Shown here: positions 1 to 9,069 of the stretch, in pieces | Layout: each line of letters starts with the position of its first letter | Position numbering within the stretch: the first letter of the stretch is position 1 | Origin: a virus | Reading direction: 5' to 3' (one strand) | DNA length: 64,000 nt | IMG/VR virus record: IMGVR_UViG_3300050015_000276 | Coordinates: 64,001-128,000 of that record | Program-made: the position numbers and the translations under genes | Notes under the pieces: model-generated | What the model was told of the DNA's origin: nothing | The model's input: only the letters and a program-made list of their open reading frames with translations | The model's database searches: none

Positions 1-105
1 CAATAGCCAACACACCAAGGACGAGGACTTGCGTATTCATTGGTTTCTCCCGACACTATCGTGTTTCGGCTGGGGACCACCCAGCCTCATCGGGGGAGGC
101 GGCCC

Positions 106-474
106 CTATCGGGCCGCTTCTAGCTGCGCTTTCGCCTTCGCTTCGATCATGCGGACTAGCTGTTTACGGTATTTCCCGATTGTTATCACGGGGGTCTTCC
201 CGCGATGCCAAGGACGGCGGGCCTCTGCAAGCTGGTCTACTGAGAGGTGAGTCCCACTCATGATTTGACGCGCATATTGCCCGAATAGCTTAGCATCGGC
301 TTGTTGCATTCCCTTGTCATTGTCATCGATAGTGACGCCCGCTGCGCGTTCTAGTTCAGTCTGGCGCTTGTAGAGTGCAACAATGCTTTGTTCGACCCAC
401 GAATCAGATGTTTCGAGCATATACAGGACCTTGTCGGGGGTCCAGTCTGTCAGTTTGTTGTAGTTGACGTACAT
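106..474 (-). CDS. Hypothetical phage protein (122 aa)
   Basis: ORF track; strong SD (AAGGAGAG) upstream on the minus strand. Confidence 0.7.
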   Translation of the reverse strand: MYVNYNKLTDWTPDKVLYMLETSDSWVEQSIVALYKRQTELERAAGVTIDDNDKGMQQADAKLFGQYARQIMSGTHLSVDQLAEARRPWHRGKTPVITIGKYRKQLVRMIEAKAKAQLEAAR

Positions 475-486
475 TGTGTTCTCTCC

Positions 487-597
487 TTACTCGCACACTT
501 CAAGAGAATTGTCATTCAAAAATTCAATGACGTAACCGGCCAATGCGATATCATCGAGTACATTATCGGCTGTGTGTTCGAGCATGAATTGTTTCAT
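487..597 (-). CDS. Small acidic hypothetical protein (36 aa, MKQFMLEHTADNVLDDIALAGYVIEFLNDNSLEVCE)
   Basis: Read by hand; lies between a TTGACA/TAGAAT promoter and ORF 106-474, its stop abuts that gene's SD. Confidence 0.45.
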   Translation of the reverse strand: MKQFMLEHTADNVLDDIALAGYVIEFLNDNSLEVCE

Positions 598-609
598 GTG
601 ACTAGAACA

Positions 610-637
610 ATTCTAGCACAAGCTCGCGTTATGTCAA
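610..637 (-). promoter_or_regulatory. Sigma70-type early promoter (TTGACA-16-TAGAAT, extended -10 TG)
   Basis: Reverse complement of tgtcaa 632-637 and attcta 610-615. Confidence 0.55.
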
Positions 638-1786
638 CACATTTTTCACTTTATTTGACAAAGTGGAAAATAAAAGCGAACAAAAAGCGAAACTAGTGTT
701 TGCTGCGATTTGTAGACGTTTTAACACGTATTTAAGCTTTTTGCGCTATGACGTACTAGCTCGTTCTGGGCGATCGATCCTAGACGTGTTTCTGCGCGAT
801 TAACGAGCATTTGTAGCAGCGTACGCGTACGTGTGTTTTGAGAGTCTGCAAGAGTATAGTATACACTTGTTACGGGGTGTATGGGGTGTATAATGGCAGT
901 GTTATGCATATATTGCATTTTGCGATGTGGGGCGTTAACGGCATAATATGCATAATATACCCCCGTCAAATACGTCCTGGCGACTTTAGATACTATCAGT
1001 AAACTTCAAGTACAGTAGTACGTGTTATCGGACTTTCATATCCAAAAAATTTTTCTGGGTTTTAATCATCTATCGAGGCCTCGAATTAAGAACACTACAA
1101 TAATTACAATAAAAAGTATTACCATAATTTTCTTATCTGAAAAATTTTTGGAACCAAAAAGCTCTAAAACAAGGCCAATATTTACCTTTACTACCTTTAA
1201 AGTCCCATCCAGGATTAATGGCAATCATTAACAATAAAGGTATACAATTTAAAATAAAAATAAAGTTTTTCATATTAGGAAAATAAAATTTTAATAATTG
1301 AGAGCACTATTATTAAAAAACACAATACAAATAAAATATCAAACATATATTCCATTAAAACCAGTTTGGAAATTTTTTTCCCAATATCGATTTTCTATTA
1401 GCTTTTTAGCATCACAGAAATAAGGACTGAGTTCCATACCAGATGCGTCGAACCAACACTCACCTAGATTCTGTATACCGAAACCACCCAACACATCGAA
1501 TCAACTTCAACTCCATTTACTACAAAATAATTAATACCACCATCTGTTATCCATTCATAATTCATTTGCTTTACCTTTTCGTATCTTCATAATAGCATCA
1601 AGACAATAAAATAGCTATCATACAGAATCCTTTTAATATGTCATCGAATGCCATTCATCAATTTCCTGTAAAAGAGATGCAATCTTTCCAATCAAATCTC
1701 TACCTGTGTACTTACCAAGAATTTGGCGGCCGACTCGGCATACTCTTCTGGAATATCTACCCAGACAGTTCCATCTTTTAGAAACA

Positions 1787-1999
1787 TCATAGAACACCAA
1801 AACTCGTACAACCAGTAGTACATAGATAACGTGGCCACTCTATCAATTCCATCTCGTCATCCGTCTTTTCTGAAATATCATCCGTACGATGGATTTCAAC
1901 ACAAGGTTCATCAGTTGTAAACGTAACCTCAATTTCTAGATCTCTTGCAGCGGCGTTTGCGCGCCGTAAAAATTCGTCATAACGTTCTTGTATGCTCAT
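1787..1999 (-). CDS. Hypothetical protein, paralog of 55874-56065
   Basis: N-terminus MSIQERYDEFLRRANAAARDLEIEVTFT matches MTVKERYEEWLRRANKIAEDLEIEINFT. Confidence 0.65.
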   Translation of the reverse strand: MSIQERYDEFLRRANAAARDLEIEVTFTTDEPCVEIHRTDDISEKTDDEMELIEWPRYLCTTGCTSFGVL

Positions 2000-2433
2000 T
2001 ATTCCTCCATTAATATGTCTAGTTGCCGAACCAAAAGGTCCTGAACCAGTTTCATGTCTTCTACAGCCTTCACTAATGTTTCAAATTCGGCCACGGTAAT
2101 GAATTTACTCTTTCTATACTTTTCTGCACTATCAGTTTTGTCCTTTTCAAGTCTTTCATCTGCTATTTTCTGTAATCCGGGAGATAATGGACGCCAAAGT
2201 AACACCTTACTAAATTCTCCTGTAAACTTAATACCACTTACTGCACTCCATGACGTGTCCCATTTACCAATAACAAAGAGAGGATAATGTTGGTAATTCA
2301 TTAATGATTCTACAAAATCAACATTCCATTCACGTATACCGGTAAATATATTTTCTCTACCAAACCGGTCTGGATATACAACAGTTGCTTCTGTACCATC
2401 CATCATTACTATTGTAAAATTCGTATCCATCAT
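1999..2433 (-). CDS. Hypothetical protein (144 aa)
   Basis: ORF track; coupled to neighbours by TAATG overlap. Confidence 0.7.
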   Translation of the reverse strand: MMDTNFTIVMMDGTEATVVYPDRFGRENIFTGIREWNVDFVESLMNYQHYPLFVIGKWDTSWSAVSGIKFTGEFSKVLLWRPLSPGLQKIADERLEKDKTDSAEKYRKSKFITVAEFETLVKAVEDMKLVQDLLVRQLDILMEE

Positions 2434-2434
2434 A

Positions 2435-2824
2435 TTACCAACTCACCTGAAAAATCCATTCCGTATAAGCATCACGGCTATAGGCGAAACCGTCATCGAC
2501 TGATCCGGAATAGGCATCATGGTAAATTACTTCTGTTGGAGATGTCCAAAATCCTCTTCCAACAAGAATATTTTTGACTAAATTGGAAGTAATTTGGGAA
2601 ACAGTTGTTGAAATTTTACATGAACGTTTATTTTGATTAATCGCTTTTGGTAACCATTCATCGTTAAATTGTTTCGTTATAAAAATAACAGCATCTACTC
2701 TAATATATCTTTTGTGTTTTTCTTTTTCAATACGCTCTTTTTCGGCGGCAAGTTCTTTTTTATTTTTATTTTTCAAAGCCACTTTGTCAGATAATTCTTT
2801 CGCTTCTATTGCTGTCATGATCAT
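2435..2824 (-). CDS. Hypothetical protein (129 aa)
   Basis: ORF track; SD AGGAGA upstream. Confidence 0.75.
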   Translation of the reverse strand: MIMTAIEAKELSDKVALKNKNKKELAAEKERIEKEKHKRYIRVDAVIFITKQFNDEWLPKAINQNKRSCKISTTVSQITSNLVKNILVGRGFWTSPTEVIYHDAYSGSVDDGFAYSRDAYTEWIFQVSW

Positions 2825-2901
2825 ATTAATCTCCTAATAAATCCTTTCAAAATAAATTTAGTTATTTTCTGAATTTCTTTGATGGTCATCATTTCAGACC
2901 T

Positions 2902-2931
2902 ATTCTATCATAGACAAATACTGTTTGTCAA
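2902..2931 (-). promoter_or_regulatory. Sigma70-type early promoter (TTGACA-18-TAGAAT), divergent from a late promoter at 2945
   Basis: Reverse complement of tgtcaa 2926-2931 and attcta 2902-2907. Confidence 0.55.
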
Positions 2932-2955
2932 TACAAAAGACCCATAAATATTAAT

Positions 2956-3120
2956 ATGATTTATGAACAACTGTGGTTACCATTTGATTTGCCACAAAGT
3001 GAGGCATTTCGAAAACAAGATAATGTTAGTACTCCTAAGGAGGTGATCTATTCTCTGGATGATATCCAGTATACGTGTCCGCGTAATGTAGAAACCACTT
3101 ATAAGGAGGACAGGTGCTAG
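2956..3120 (+). CDS. Small hypothetical late protein (54 aa, MIYEQLWLPFDLPQSEAF...)
   Basis: Read by hand; ATG is 5 nt after TAAATA (2945-2950), the same spacing as six other late genes. Confidence 0.5.
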   Translation: MIYEQLWLPFDLPQSEAFRKQDNVSTPKEVIYSLDDIQYTCPRNVETTYKEDRC

Positions 3121-3190
3121 TAAGTTAAAAATGCTAAATAGTGTTGTATGTCCAAAGATATTGGAATACTAATTTAGAAAGGATCTAAAT

Positions 3191-3454
3191 ATGTTCAGGT
3201 TTCATATAAAGCAGTACGGCCTAAAAGGCGACGGTAGTGGACCCACAGGTACACTTCCTTATCAATTGATCTTGCGTGTTGTCGGAGTTACAGAAGCCAG
3301 TCCTAAAAATGTCTGGATGAAAGACTATGACACCGTTGCAGATGCAAAAGTCGGCGCGGCCGCATTATTTGCCACAGGCACAGTTACACCTTGGGTAGAT
3401 AGTGGTAGTCCAGTTGTGGAAAGCCTAAGCGCAATTTTCACACCAACATTCTAA
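3191..3454 (+). CDS. Hypothetical protein (87 aa)
   Basis: ORF track; SD AAAGGA; followed by a GC hairpin at about 3466-3487. Confidence 0.7.
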   Translation: MFRFHIKQYGLKGDGSGPTGTLPYQLILRVVGVTEASPKNVWMKDYDTVADAKVGAAALFATGTVTPWVDSGSPVVESLSAIFTPTF

Positions 3455-3484
3455 TTGCTTCATAGGGGCGGCTAATTAACCGCC

Positions 3485-3841
3485 TCACCTCCCCCTCCCA
3501 TAAGAACCTTTATTTTTCCTCATACGTATTAGTATGTCATTAGAAAGTCCTGGACAAAGTTCTTTTGGTTCTCCCCACCAGTCTGGAAGTAATGCTCTCT
3601 TATACCAATAATCTGTATTGTAAATATTAAAATTTGTCCGTAATCGATTTACAAAAGCATTATAATTGACCTGAATTTCATGTTTCTTAAACGGATGTAA
3701 TCTATGTTTACAAACTGGTCCAATCATCCTATATCTAGAATCAAAAGAATATCCATTATCACGAGTATAATTTTCTTCCCAACAATATAGACATTCTCCA
3801 AATTTGGGATGTTTTGTATTAATCGGGCCCATACTTGACAT
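3485..3841 (-). CDS. Hypothetical protein (118 aa)
   Basis: ORF track; part of a tightly packed minus-strand operon. Confidence 0.65.
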   Translation of the reverse strand: MSSMGPINTKHPKFGECLYCWEENYTRDNGYSFDSRYRMIGPVCKHRLHPFKKHEIQVNYNAFVNRLRTNFNIYNTDYWYKRALLPDWWGEPKELCPGLSNDILIRMRKNKGSYGRGR

Positions 3842-3842
3842 A

Positions 3843-4205
3843 TTAATATACCTGGTTAGTTATCAATGCTCGAATTGATTCGGCATTATGTGGCAAATCA
3901 ATACTTAAATATTTCACTGCCGCTTTTTCTACTAATTCATACTGAATTTCTGGAAACAATGCAATAGACGATGACCGTGCAATTTCTTCGAGTTGGGCGG
4001 CCTCATTTAAAATCTTCCAATACTCTTTTTCATTTTTGGTTCGGTATTCAGTATTACTCTTTCCGAGTTGATAAAATTCAAAAGAAGTTGTAACAAACAA
4101 TAAAAGTCCCCAAATGGGTGTCAACATACCAACTTGAACGGCCGACCAGATAACTACAATCGCTAGTAAAATACCAGATAATAGTGTAAGTCTAAATTTA
4201 AACAT
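3843..4205 (-). CDS. Hypothetical membrane protein (two N-terminal hydrophobic segments)
   Basis: LTLLSGILLAIVVIWSAVQVGMLTPIWGLLLFVTT. Confidence 0.7.
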   Translation of the reverse strand: MFKFRLTLLSGILLAIVVIWSAVQVGMLTPIWGLLLFVTTSFEFYQLGKSNTEYRTKNEKEYWKILNEAAQLEEIARSSSIALFPEIQYELVEKAAVKYLSIDLPHNAESIRALITNQVY

Positions 4206-4207
4206 CT

Positions 4208-4426
4208 TTAATCTCCTTCTTCAATTGTGCGTTCAATGTCCTCTTCTAGAATTTCATGGTATCTCTCCAAAGTCACTTCGTATTCTTGGAGAAGATCATT
4301 TAGACTATGATTGAACAAATCAATATTATCTTCGGAAAAATTATCATCCATCAAATTATAAAGATATTCAATTTCTTTTATTAGACAGCTTTCATTAAAG
4401 ATTTCAAAAAATGTATCTTCAAACAT
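4208..4426 (-). CDS. Acidic hypothetical protein (72 aa)
   Basis: ORF track; start overlaps stop of upstream ORF (TAATG). Confidence 0.7.
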   Translation of the reverse strand: MFEDTFFEIFNESCLIKEIEYLYNLMDDNFSEDNIDLFNHSLNDLLQEYEVTLERYHEILEEDIERTIEEGD

Positions 4427-4599
4427 TAAATTTTCCTAAAATTATATACCATTCCGTGTCCATCAGCAGATTGCATGGTACTCATATCAATTTTAATATA
4501 TCCTAGATTCTTGGGTTTGGGAGTCTTTGGAAGTTTTACTTTCTTCGTAACCTTCTTTTTATTCAAGACTTTTTCGATTTTTTTGGTTGTTTTTGACAT
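4426..4599 (-). CDS. Small Lys-rich basic protein (57 aa, MSKTTKKIEKVLNKKKVTKKVKLPKTPKPK...)
   Basis: Read by hand; 9 nt below a strong promoter; stop overlaps the next ATG. Confidence 0.65.
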   Translation of the reverse strand: MSKTTKKIEKVLNKKKVTKKVKLPKTPKPKNLGYIKIDMSTMQSADGHGMVYNFRKI

Positions 4600-4608
4600 T
4601 ACAAATCA

Positions 4609-4637
4609 ATTGTATCATATTCGTGAATGGATGTCAA
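4609..4637 (-). promoter_or_regulatory. Sigma70-type early promoter (TTGACA-17-TACAAT, extended -10 TG)
   Basis: Reverse complement of tgtcaa 4632-4637 and attgta 4609-4614. Confidence 0.75.
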
Positions 4638-4663
4638 CCCTAAATATTTGTGAGTTTTCTTTT

Positions 4664-5494
4664 ATGTTTTTAGACAATAAATATACCAAAACCTATTACC
4701 GAATCATACATCGTGCCAAAGCCAGGACTAAACCTGAAGGATATACCGAGAAACACCATATCATTCCAAAATGTAAACCTTTATGTGGTCCTAATACTCG
4801 GGAGAATTTAGTAGCACTTACATTTAAGGAGCACTGGGTTTGCCACCATTTATTGCTTAAGATGGTTGAAGGAATTCTAAAATCTAAAATGTATTGTGCT
4901 TTTAAACGTATGGGTCAAACTAATGGAAAACAAGATAAAGTAATAAATTCCAAAATGTTTGAGAGAATAAAAACCGCAAATAGAGCATTATGTTCTGGTA
5001 AAAATAATCCTAGATATGGCAAACATCACTCAGAAGAATCGAAACGAAAAATTAGTGAATCTAATAAAGGGAATAAACCTACAGAAGAACAGAGAAAAAA
5101 ATTAATAGAATCCCATAAAGGTTATGTTCCGTCAGAAGAATCAAAACGAAAAAATAGTGAATCTAATAAAGGCAAACATAATATAAAACGAACTGAAGAA
5201 GGCAAAAGGAATATGTCTTTAGCTCATAAAGGTCTAGATAATCATCAAACTGGAAGAAAACGCTCAGAAGAAACTAAACAAAAATTAATTTTAGCTTGGA
5301 AAAAAAGAAAATTAAAAGGAGAAATTCCTTGGAATAAAGGTGGTAAAAATCTATATTCGGATGAAATCCGAAAGAAAATGTCCGATTCGCATAAAGGAAA
5401 AAAATTATCGGAAGAACAAAAAAAGAAAATATCATTATCTTTATTAGGAAATAAAAGAGCTTTATCCCAGGAAAATAAGAATAAATTATGCTAA
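4664..5494 (+). CDS. HNH homing endonuclease with NUMOD3-type repeats
   Basis: YTEKHHIIPKC...NLVALTFKEHWVCHHLL; repeated HSEESKRKISESNKG motifs; start reassigned to MFLDNKY (4664), downstream of TAAATA 4641-4646. Confidence 0.9.
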   Translation: MFLDNKYTKTYYRIIHRAKARTKPEGYTEKHHIIPKCKPLCGPNTRENLVALTFKEHWVCHHLLLKMVEGILKSKMYCAFKRMGQTNGKQDKVINSKMFERIKTANRALCSGKNNPRYGKHHSEESKRKISESNKGNKPTEEQRKKLIESHKGYVPSEESKRKNSESNKGKHNIKRTEEGKRNMSLAHKGLDNHQTGRKRSEETKQKLILAWKKRKLKGEIPWNKGGKNLYSDEIRKKMSDSHKGKKLSEEQKKKISLSLLGNKRALSQENKNKLC

Positions 5495-6519
5495 ATCAAA
5501 ATTTTAATTTCCAAACTAGATTTTCTGAACAAGATCTCTATGAAAATTTAATTATTGAGAGTGTACAAACATATGGAATGGATATACAATATTGTCCCAA
5601 AACTCTCGTTAATTTTGATGCTCTACTGGGTGAGGATAACCAGCGAGCCTTTTTAAAATCCATCACTATAGAAGCTTACCAGGAAAATTTAGATGGATTT
5701 TTTGGCGATAAGAATTTCTTAAATAAACTAGGCCTCAACATTGACAAGGAAGCATCTTTTATTATTGCAAAACGCCGGTTTGATGAAGTTGTTCTTGGAT
5801 TAAATTGGCGGGATTTTTGGAAAGAAACAAATACCTATTCAGTTAATGATGCTGTTCATTATCAAGGTAAGGTGTATACTAATATTTCCGCGGTCCACAA
5901 CTTACAATTTACTTTAAGTGGTGTTTCTGGTATTTTTACTCAATTCGATCCTATTATAGGGTTGACTAGCGGTGCAACCGGTTTAGTTAGTAGTTTCGAT
6001 CCACTAACAAATATTCTAATATTGACTGACGTGGTAGGAACTTTTGTTGTTTCTGAAACAATAAACGATACATTTGGAAGTTTTCCTTCTCCAGAATCAA
6101 TTATAACAGACAGTTCGATTAATTTTATATTTCCTGGTACAGGAATAATAAATACAATCACAACCGGAACAAATATTTCACCTTTGAGCGATACAACACA
6201 TTGGAAAGTAATGCAACAGGTTCGTCCAATGGAAGGTGATTTGATTTATTTACCTATCACTGGAGATATATTTGAAATTTTATTTGCAGATCATGAAGAA
6301 GTATTTTATCAATTAGGTAAAATATATGTTTGGAAAATTACCGCAGAGAAATTCCGTTATTCACATGAAACTCTTGATACTGGTATTGATGCGATAGATG
6401 AAATAGCTACTCAATTAGAAAATGATGATAGTCTTATTAACGATCCTCTCGCGGACAATGATAATATTAGTGATTCTGTTGAAGCCTTTCTGAATTTGGA
6501 CAATAATCGACCCTTTTAA
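5488..6519 (+). CDS. gp14: T4-like neck protein gp14 with an internal ~135-aa insertion
   Basis: EQDLYENLIIESVQTYGMDIQYCPKT, RPMEGDLIYLP, FYQLGKIYVW, FRYSHETLDTGIDAID; position before gp15. Confidence 0.88.
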   Translation: MLNQNFNFQTRFSEQDLYENLIIESVQTYGMDIQYCPKTLVNFDALLGEDNQRAFLKSITIEAYQENLDGFFGDKNFLNKLGLNIDKEASFIIAKRRFDEVVLGLNWRDFWKETNTYSVNDAVHYQGKVYTNISAVHNLQFTLSGVSGIFTQFDPIIGLTSGATGLVSSFDPLTNILILTDVVGTFVVSETINDTFGSFPSPESIITDSSINFIFPGTGIINTITTGTNISPLSDTTHWKVMQQVRPMEGDLIYLPITGDIFEILFADHEEVFYQLGKIYVWKITAEKFRYSHETLDTGIDAIDEIATQLENDDSLINDPLADNDNISDSVEAFLNLDNNRPF

Positions 6520-6528
6520 AGGAAATAT

Positions 6529-7452
6529 ATGCTAGGTCAAAATATCTGGAACTTTCATACTATTGAGCGTATCACACGCGCATTCGGATATATTTTTGAA
6601 GATATTTCTATTCAAAGAATTAATCCTACAACATCTGCGGTACAGACCATAAAAATTCCTATAAGCCTGGCATCAAAAGATAAATGGGTAATACGAGCGG
6701 CCGAGGATCCTTCGGCCGGTGACGAAACCAAACAACGTCATGTACAAATTGTCCTTCCAAGGTTGGCATACGATTTGACAAATATTCGGTATGATTCTAA
6801 ACGAAAATTATCTACTATCAATTATCGTGCAAACTTATCAGGTGACGGCATCTTATCTCCGATGTTCCAATTAAATCCGGTACCGATGATTTTTGATTTT
6901 TCTTTGTATATGCAAGCTAGAACTTTAAGCGATTCGTATGCCATTCTTGAACAAATTCTAGCATTTTTCCGGCCAGATTATACAGTTCCCATTATGGATA
7001 TTCCCGAGATGAATATCAAACGTGATATCATTATAACATTAATGAATCAATCTCATAGTGATTCATATGAAGGATCATTTTTCGATAAAAGAGTTATTGA
7101 ATGGCAATTAGATTTTCAAGCACAAGGTCATATTTATCCTCCGGTAAAGACTAAACCGCTTATCAATACTGCTACCATTACAGATGGATATGGGGATACA
7201 CTTCTTACTGTTACCAATGCAACTCTTCCAATAAATTATACTTATTATGTTGATCCTCTGACAGGAAATGACTCTAATTCAGGTTTATCTATTGATAGTG
7301 CGTGGGCCACAACAACACCAGCAGATGCAGTTACTTTAACAATATCTCAGTCAATAGGGTATAAACTTAATGGTGTATGGTACTTATATCGAGCACTAGG
7401 AATGACAGCCGATTTAAATTTATTAAGTGCTGATATTGTGTCGGTACCATAA
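6529..7452 (+). CDS. gp15: Tail sheath stabilizer/tail terminator gp15 with C-terminal extension
   Basis: IKIPISLASKDKW, VQIVLPRLAYDLTNIRYDSKRKL, PVPMIFDFSL, EQILAFFRPDYT; synteny. Confidence 0.9.
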   Translation: MLGQNIWNFHTIERITRAFGYIFEDISIQRINPTTSAVQTIKIPISLASKDKWVIRAAEDPSAGDETKQRHVQIVLPRLAYDLTNIRYDSKRKLSTINYRANLSGDGILSPMFQLNPVPMIFDFSLYMQARTLSDSYAILEQILAFFRPDYTVPIMDIPEMNIKRDIIITLMNQSHSDSYEGSFFDKRVIEWQLDFQAQGHIYPPVKTKPLINTATITDGYGDTLLTVTNATLPINYTYYVDPLTGNDSNSGLSIDSAWATTTPADAVTLTISQSIGYKLNGVWYLYRALGMTADLNLLSADIVSVP

Positions 7453-7481
7453 AATAGTTTCTAAATGTTCTAAATATTACT

Positions 7482-8015
7482 ATGGCACAACGTGGAAGAC
7501 CAAAAAAACAACCTATAGACCAACGGATCTCTTCGAGTTTAGATATTGCTCAAAAAGAAGTGGATTCACTATTACCTGCTGTTATACAAAATGAAATCAT
7601 TCCTAAAATTGAATCACCAGAAGTTTTAAAAGCTAATCTTCCCATTCTTTCACAAGATGTATTTGATGATTATGAATTTGCAAGGAATAATCTACATAGT
7701 CTTTTAGAACGCGGGAATACTATATTAGATGGAATTGTCGCATTATCTGAAGATAGCGATCAACCCCGAACTTTTGAAGTTGCTGGTAATGTCCTTAAAG
7801 TATTATTAGAAGGAACCAGAGAACTTATGACACTTCAAAAGGATATTAGAGAGGTTGAAAAGAAAAGTAATAGTGAAATGTCTACTCCTGTAAATATTGA
7901 AAATGCCACAGGAGTAACAAACAACACCATGGTTATTGAAGGAACTACACTTGAAATGCTAGAAATGCTCCAAAAAATGAAACAACAGAAATTAGAACAA
8001 CAAAATAAAGATTAG
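7482..8015 (+). CDS. gp16: Terminase small subunit gp16
   Basis: DDYEFARNNL...DQPRTFEVAGNVLK; immediately before gp17. Confidence 0.85.
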   Translation: MAQRGRPKKQPIDQRISSSLDIAQKEVDSLLPAVIQNEIIPKIESPEVLKANLPILSQDVFDDYEFARNNLHSLLERGNTILDGIVALSEDSDQPRTFEVAGNVLKVLLEGTRELMTLQKDIREVEKKSNSEMSTPVNIENATGVTNNTMVIEGTTLEMLEMLQKMKQQKLEQQNKD

Positions 8016-8021
8016 AGTGAT

Positions 8022-8942
8022 ATGAATTCCTACCTCGGCAATCCGGCATTAAAAGACGCTAACGTAAAGGTGGTTTGGACTCCTAAACGTTTAGAAGAAC
8101 TCCAAAAGTGTCAAGAGGATCCGGTTTACTTCATTACTCATTATATTCAGGTAGTAACATTAGATGAAGGTGTTACTAATTTCAAATTGTGGGATTTTCA
8201 AGCTAAATTAATTAAGAATGTACACGAAAATCGGTATGTTATTACCGTTATGCCGAGACAGTCTGGGAAATCAACAACCATGATTGCCTACTTTCTTCAT
8301 TTTATTTTATTCAACAAGTATAAAAGTGTTGCAATTCTTGCCAATAAACGCGATACTGCGGTTGAATTGTTGTCACGTCTTCAACTTGCTTTCGAATTAT
8401 TACCGATGTGGCTTCAACAAGGTGTTAAAGTTTGGAATAAAACGAGGATTGAACTTGAAAATGGTTGTATTATAACGGCTCATGCTACATCAAGCGCATC
8501 AGTTCGTGGACAGACATACAATATCATTTTCTTAGATGAATTCGCACATATTGATCCTAAATTGGCAGATAAGTTCTGGACTTCGACTTACCCCGTAATT
8601 TCTTCTGGTAAAACGTCAAAGGTTATTATTGTTTCAACGCCCAATGGAATGAATTTATTTTACGAGATGTGGGTGAAAGCAAATTTAGCTCACGATCATA
8701 AAGATTGGAATCAATTCATACCTCTTGAAGTTCATTATACTGAGGTACCCGGGAGAGAAGATCATGCCTGGGCAGATAAAATTATTTCTATAATTGGACA
8801 GGACCGATTCGATCAGGAATTTGGTCCGTGCGTACTAAAAACCCCTATATACTTATATGATACCATTTTACAAAAATGTGTTATAATACCTATAGGACAA
8901 TTATATGAAAGATTATGCGAACCTGAATTACTGGATAAATGA
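8022..8942 (+). CDS. gp17: Terminase large subunit gp17, N-terminal half (ATPase) fused to a 38-aa intein N-fragment
   Basis: YLGNP, RQSGKST Walker A, IIFLDEFAH, IIVSTPNGMN, ends FDQEFG then PCVLKTPIY...IGQLYERL*. Confidence 0.95.
   Translation: MNSYLGNPALKDANVKVVWTPKRLEELQKCQEDPVYFITHYIQVVTLDEGVTNFKLWDFQAKLIKNVHENRYVITVMPRQSGKSTTMIAYFLHFILFNKYKSVAILANKRDTAVELLSRLQLAFELLPMWLQQGVKVWNKTRIELENGCIITAHATSSASVRGQTYNIIFLDEFAHIDPKLADKFWTSTYPVISSGKTSKVIIVSTPNGMNLFYEMWVKANLAHDHKDWNQFIPLEVHYTEVPGREDHAWADKIISIIGQDRFDQEFGPCVLKTPIYLYDTILQKCVIIPIGQLYERLCEPELLDK
8826..8939 (+). other. Split intein N-fragment (Pro1; 38 aa) of gp17
   Basis: PCVLKTPIYLYD...IPIGQLYERL fits the block-A pattern C-x4-T-x-I...I-x-x-LY-x-RL of TerL split inteins, with P in the C1 slot. 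Confidence 0.8.
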
Positions 8943-9069
8943 ACGTGGTTTAAATGAAACTGAAGCCCAACAACGAATAGAACAATATTTACAACGCCAA
9001 CATGATTCTGCAATACTTAATTCCGAAGACTTTTGGATTAACAAAAGAAATTTTAGAAAACGATTATAA
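8905..9069 (+). CDS. Short ORF (54 aa, MKDYANLNYWINERGLNETEAQQRIEQY...), possibly the frameshifted N-terminus of the 9002 endonuclease
   Basis: Read by hand; SD AGGA; YWINERG motif resembles YWIEKG/YWIERG repeats of the 42086 nuclease. Confidence 0.45.
   Translation: MKDYANLNYWINERGLNETEAQQRIEQYLQRQHDSAILNSEDFWINKRNFRKRL

Noticed and set aside
1340-1790. Intact genes in the AT-rich 1.0-1.8 kb stretch
   Set aside because: Only short minus-strand ORFs (about 30-50 aa) in shifting frames; cannot tell mini-genes from decayed sequence
4475-4663. Hydrophobic N-terminal extension of the HNH ORF in the track
   Set aside because: It is the antisense of a Lys-rich minus-strand gene (4426-4599) and its promoter; the true start is downstream
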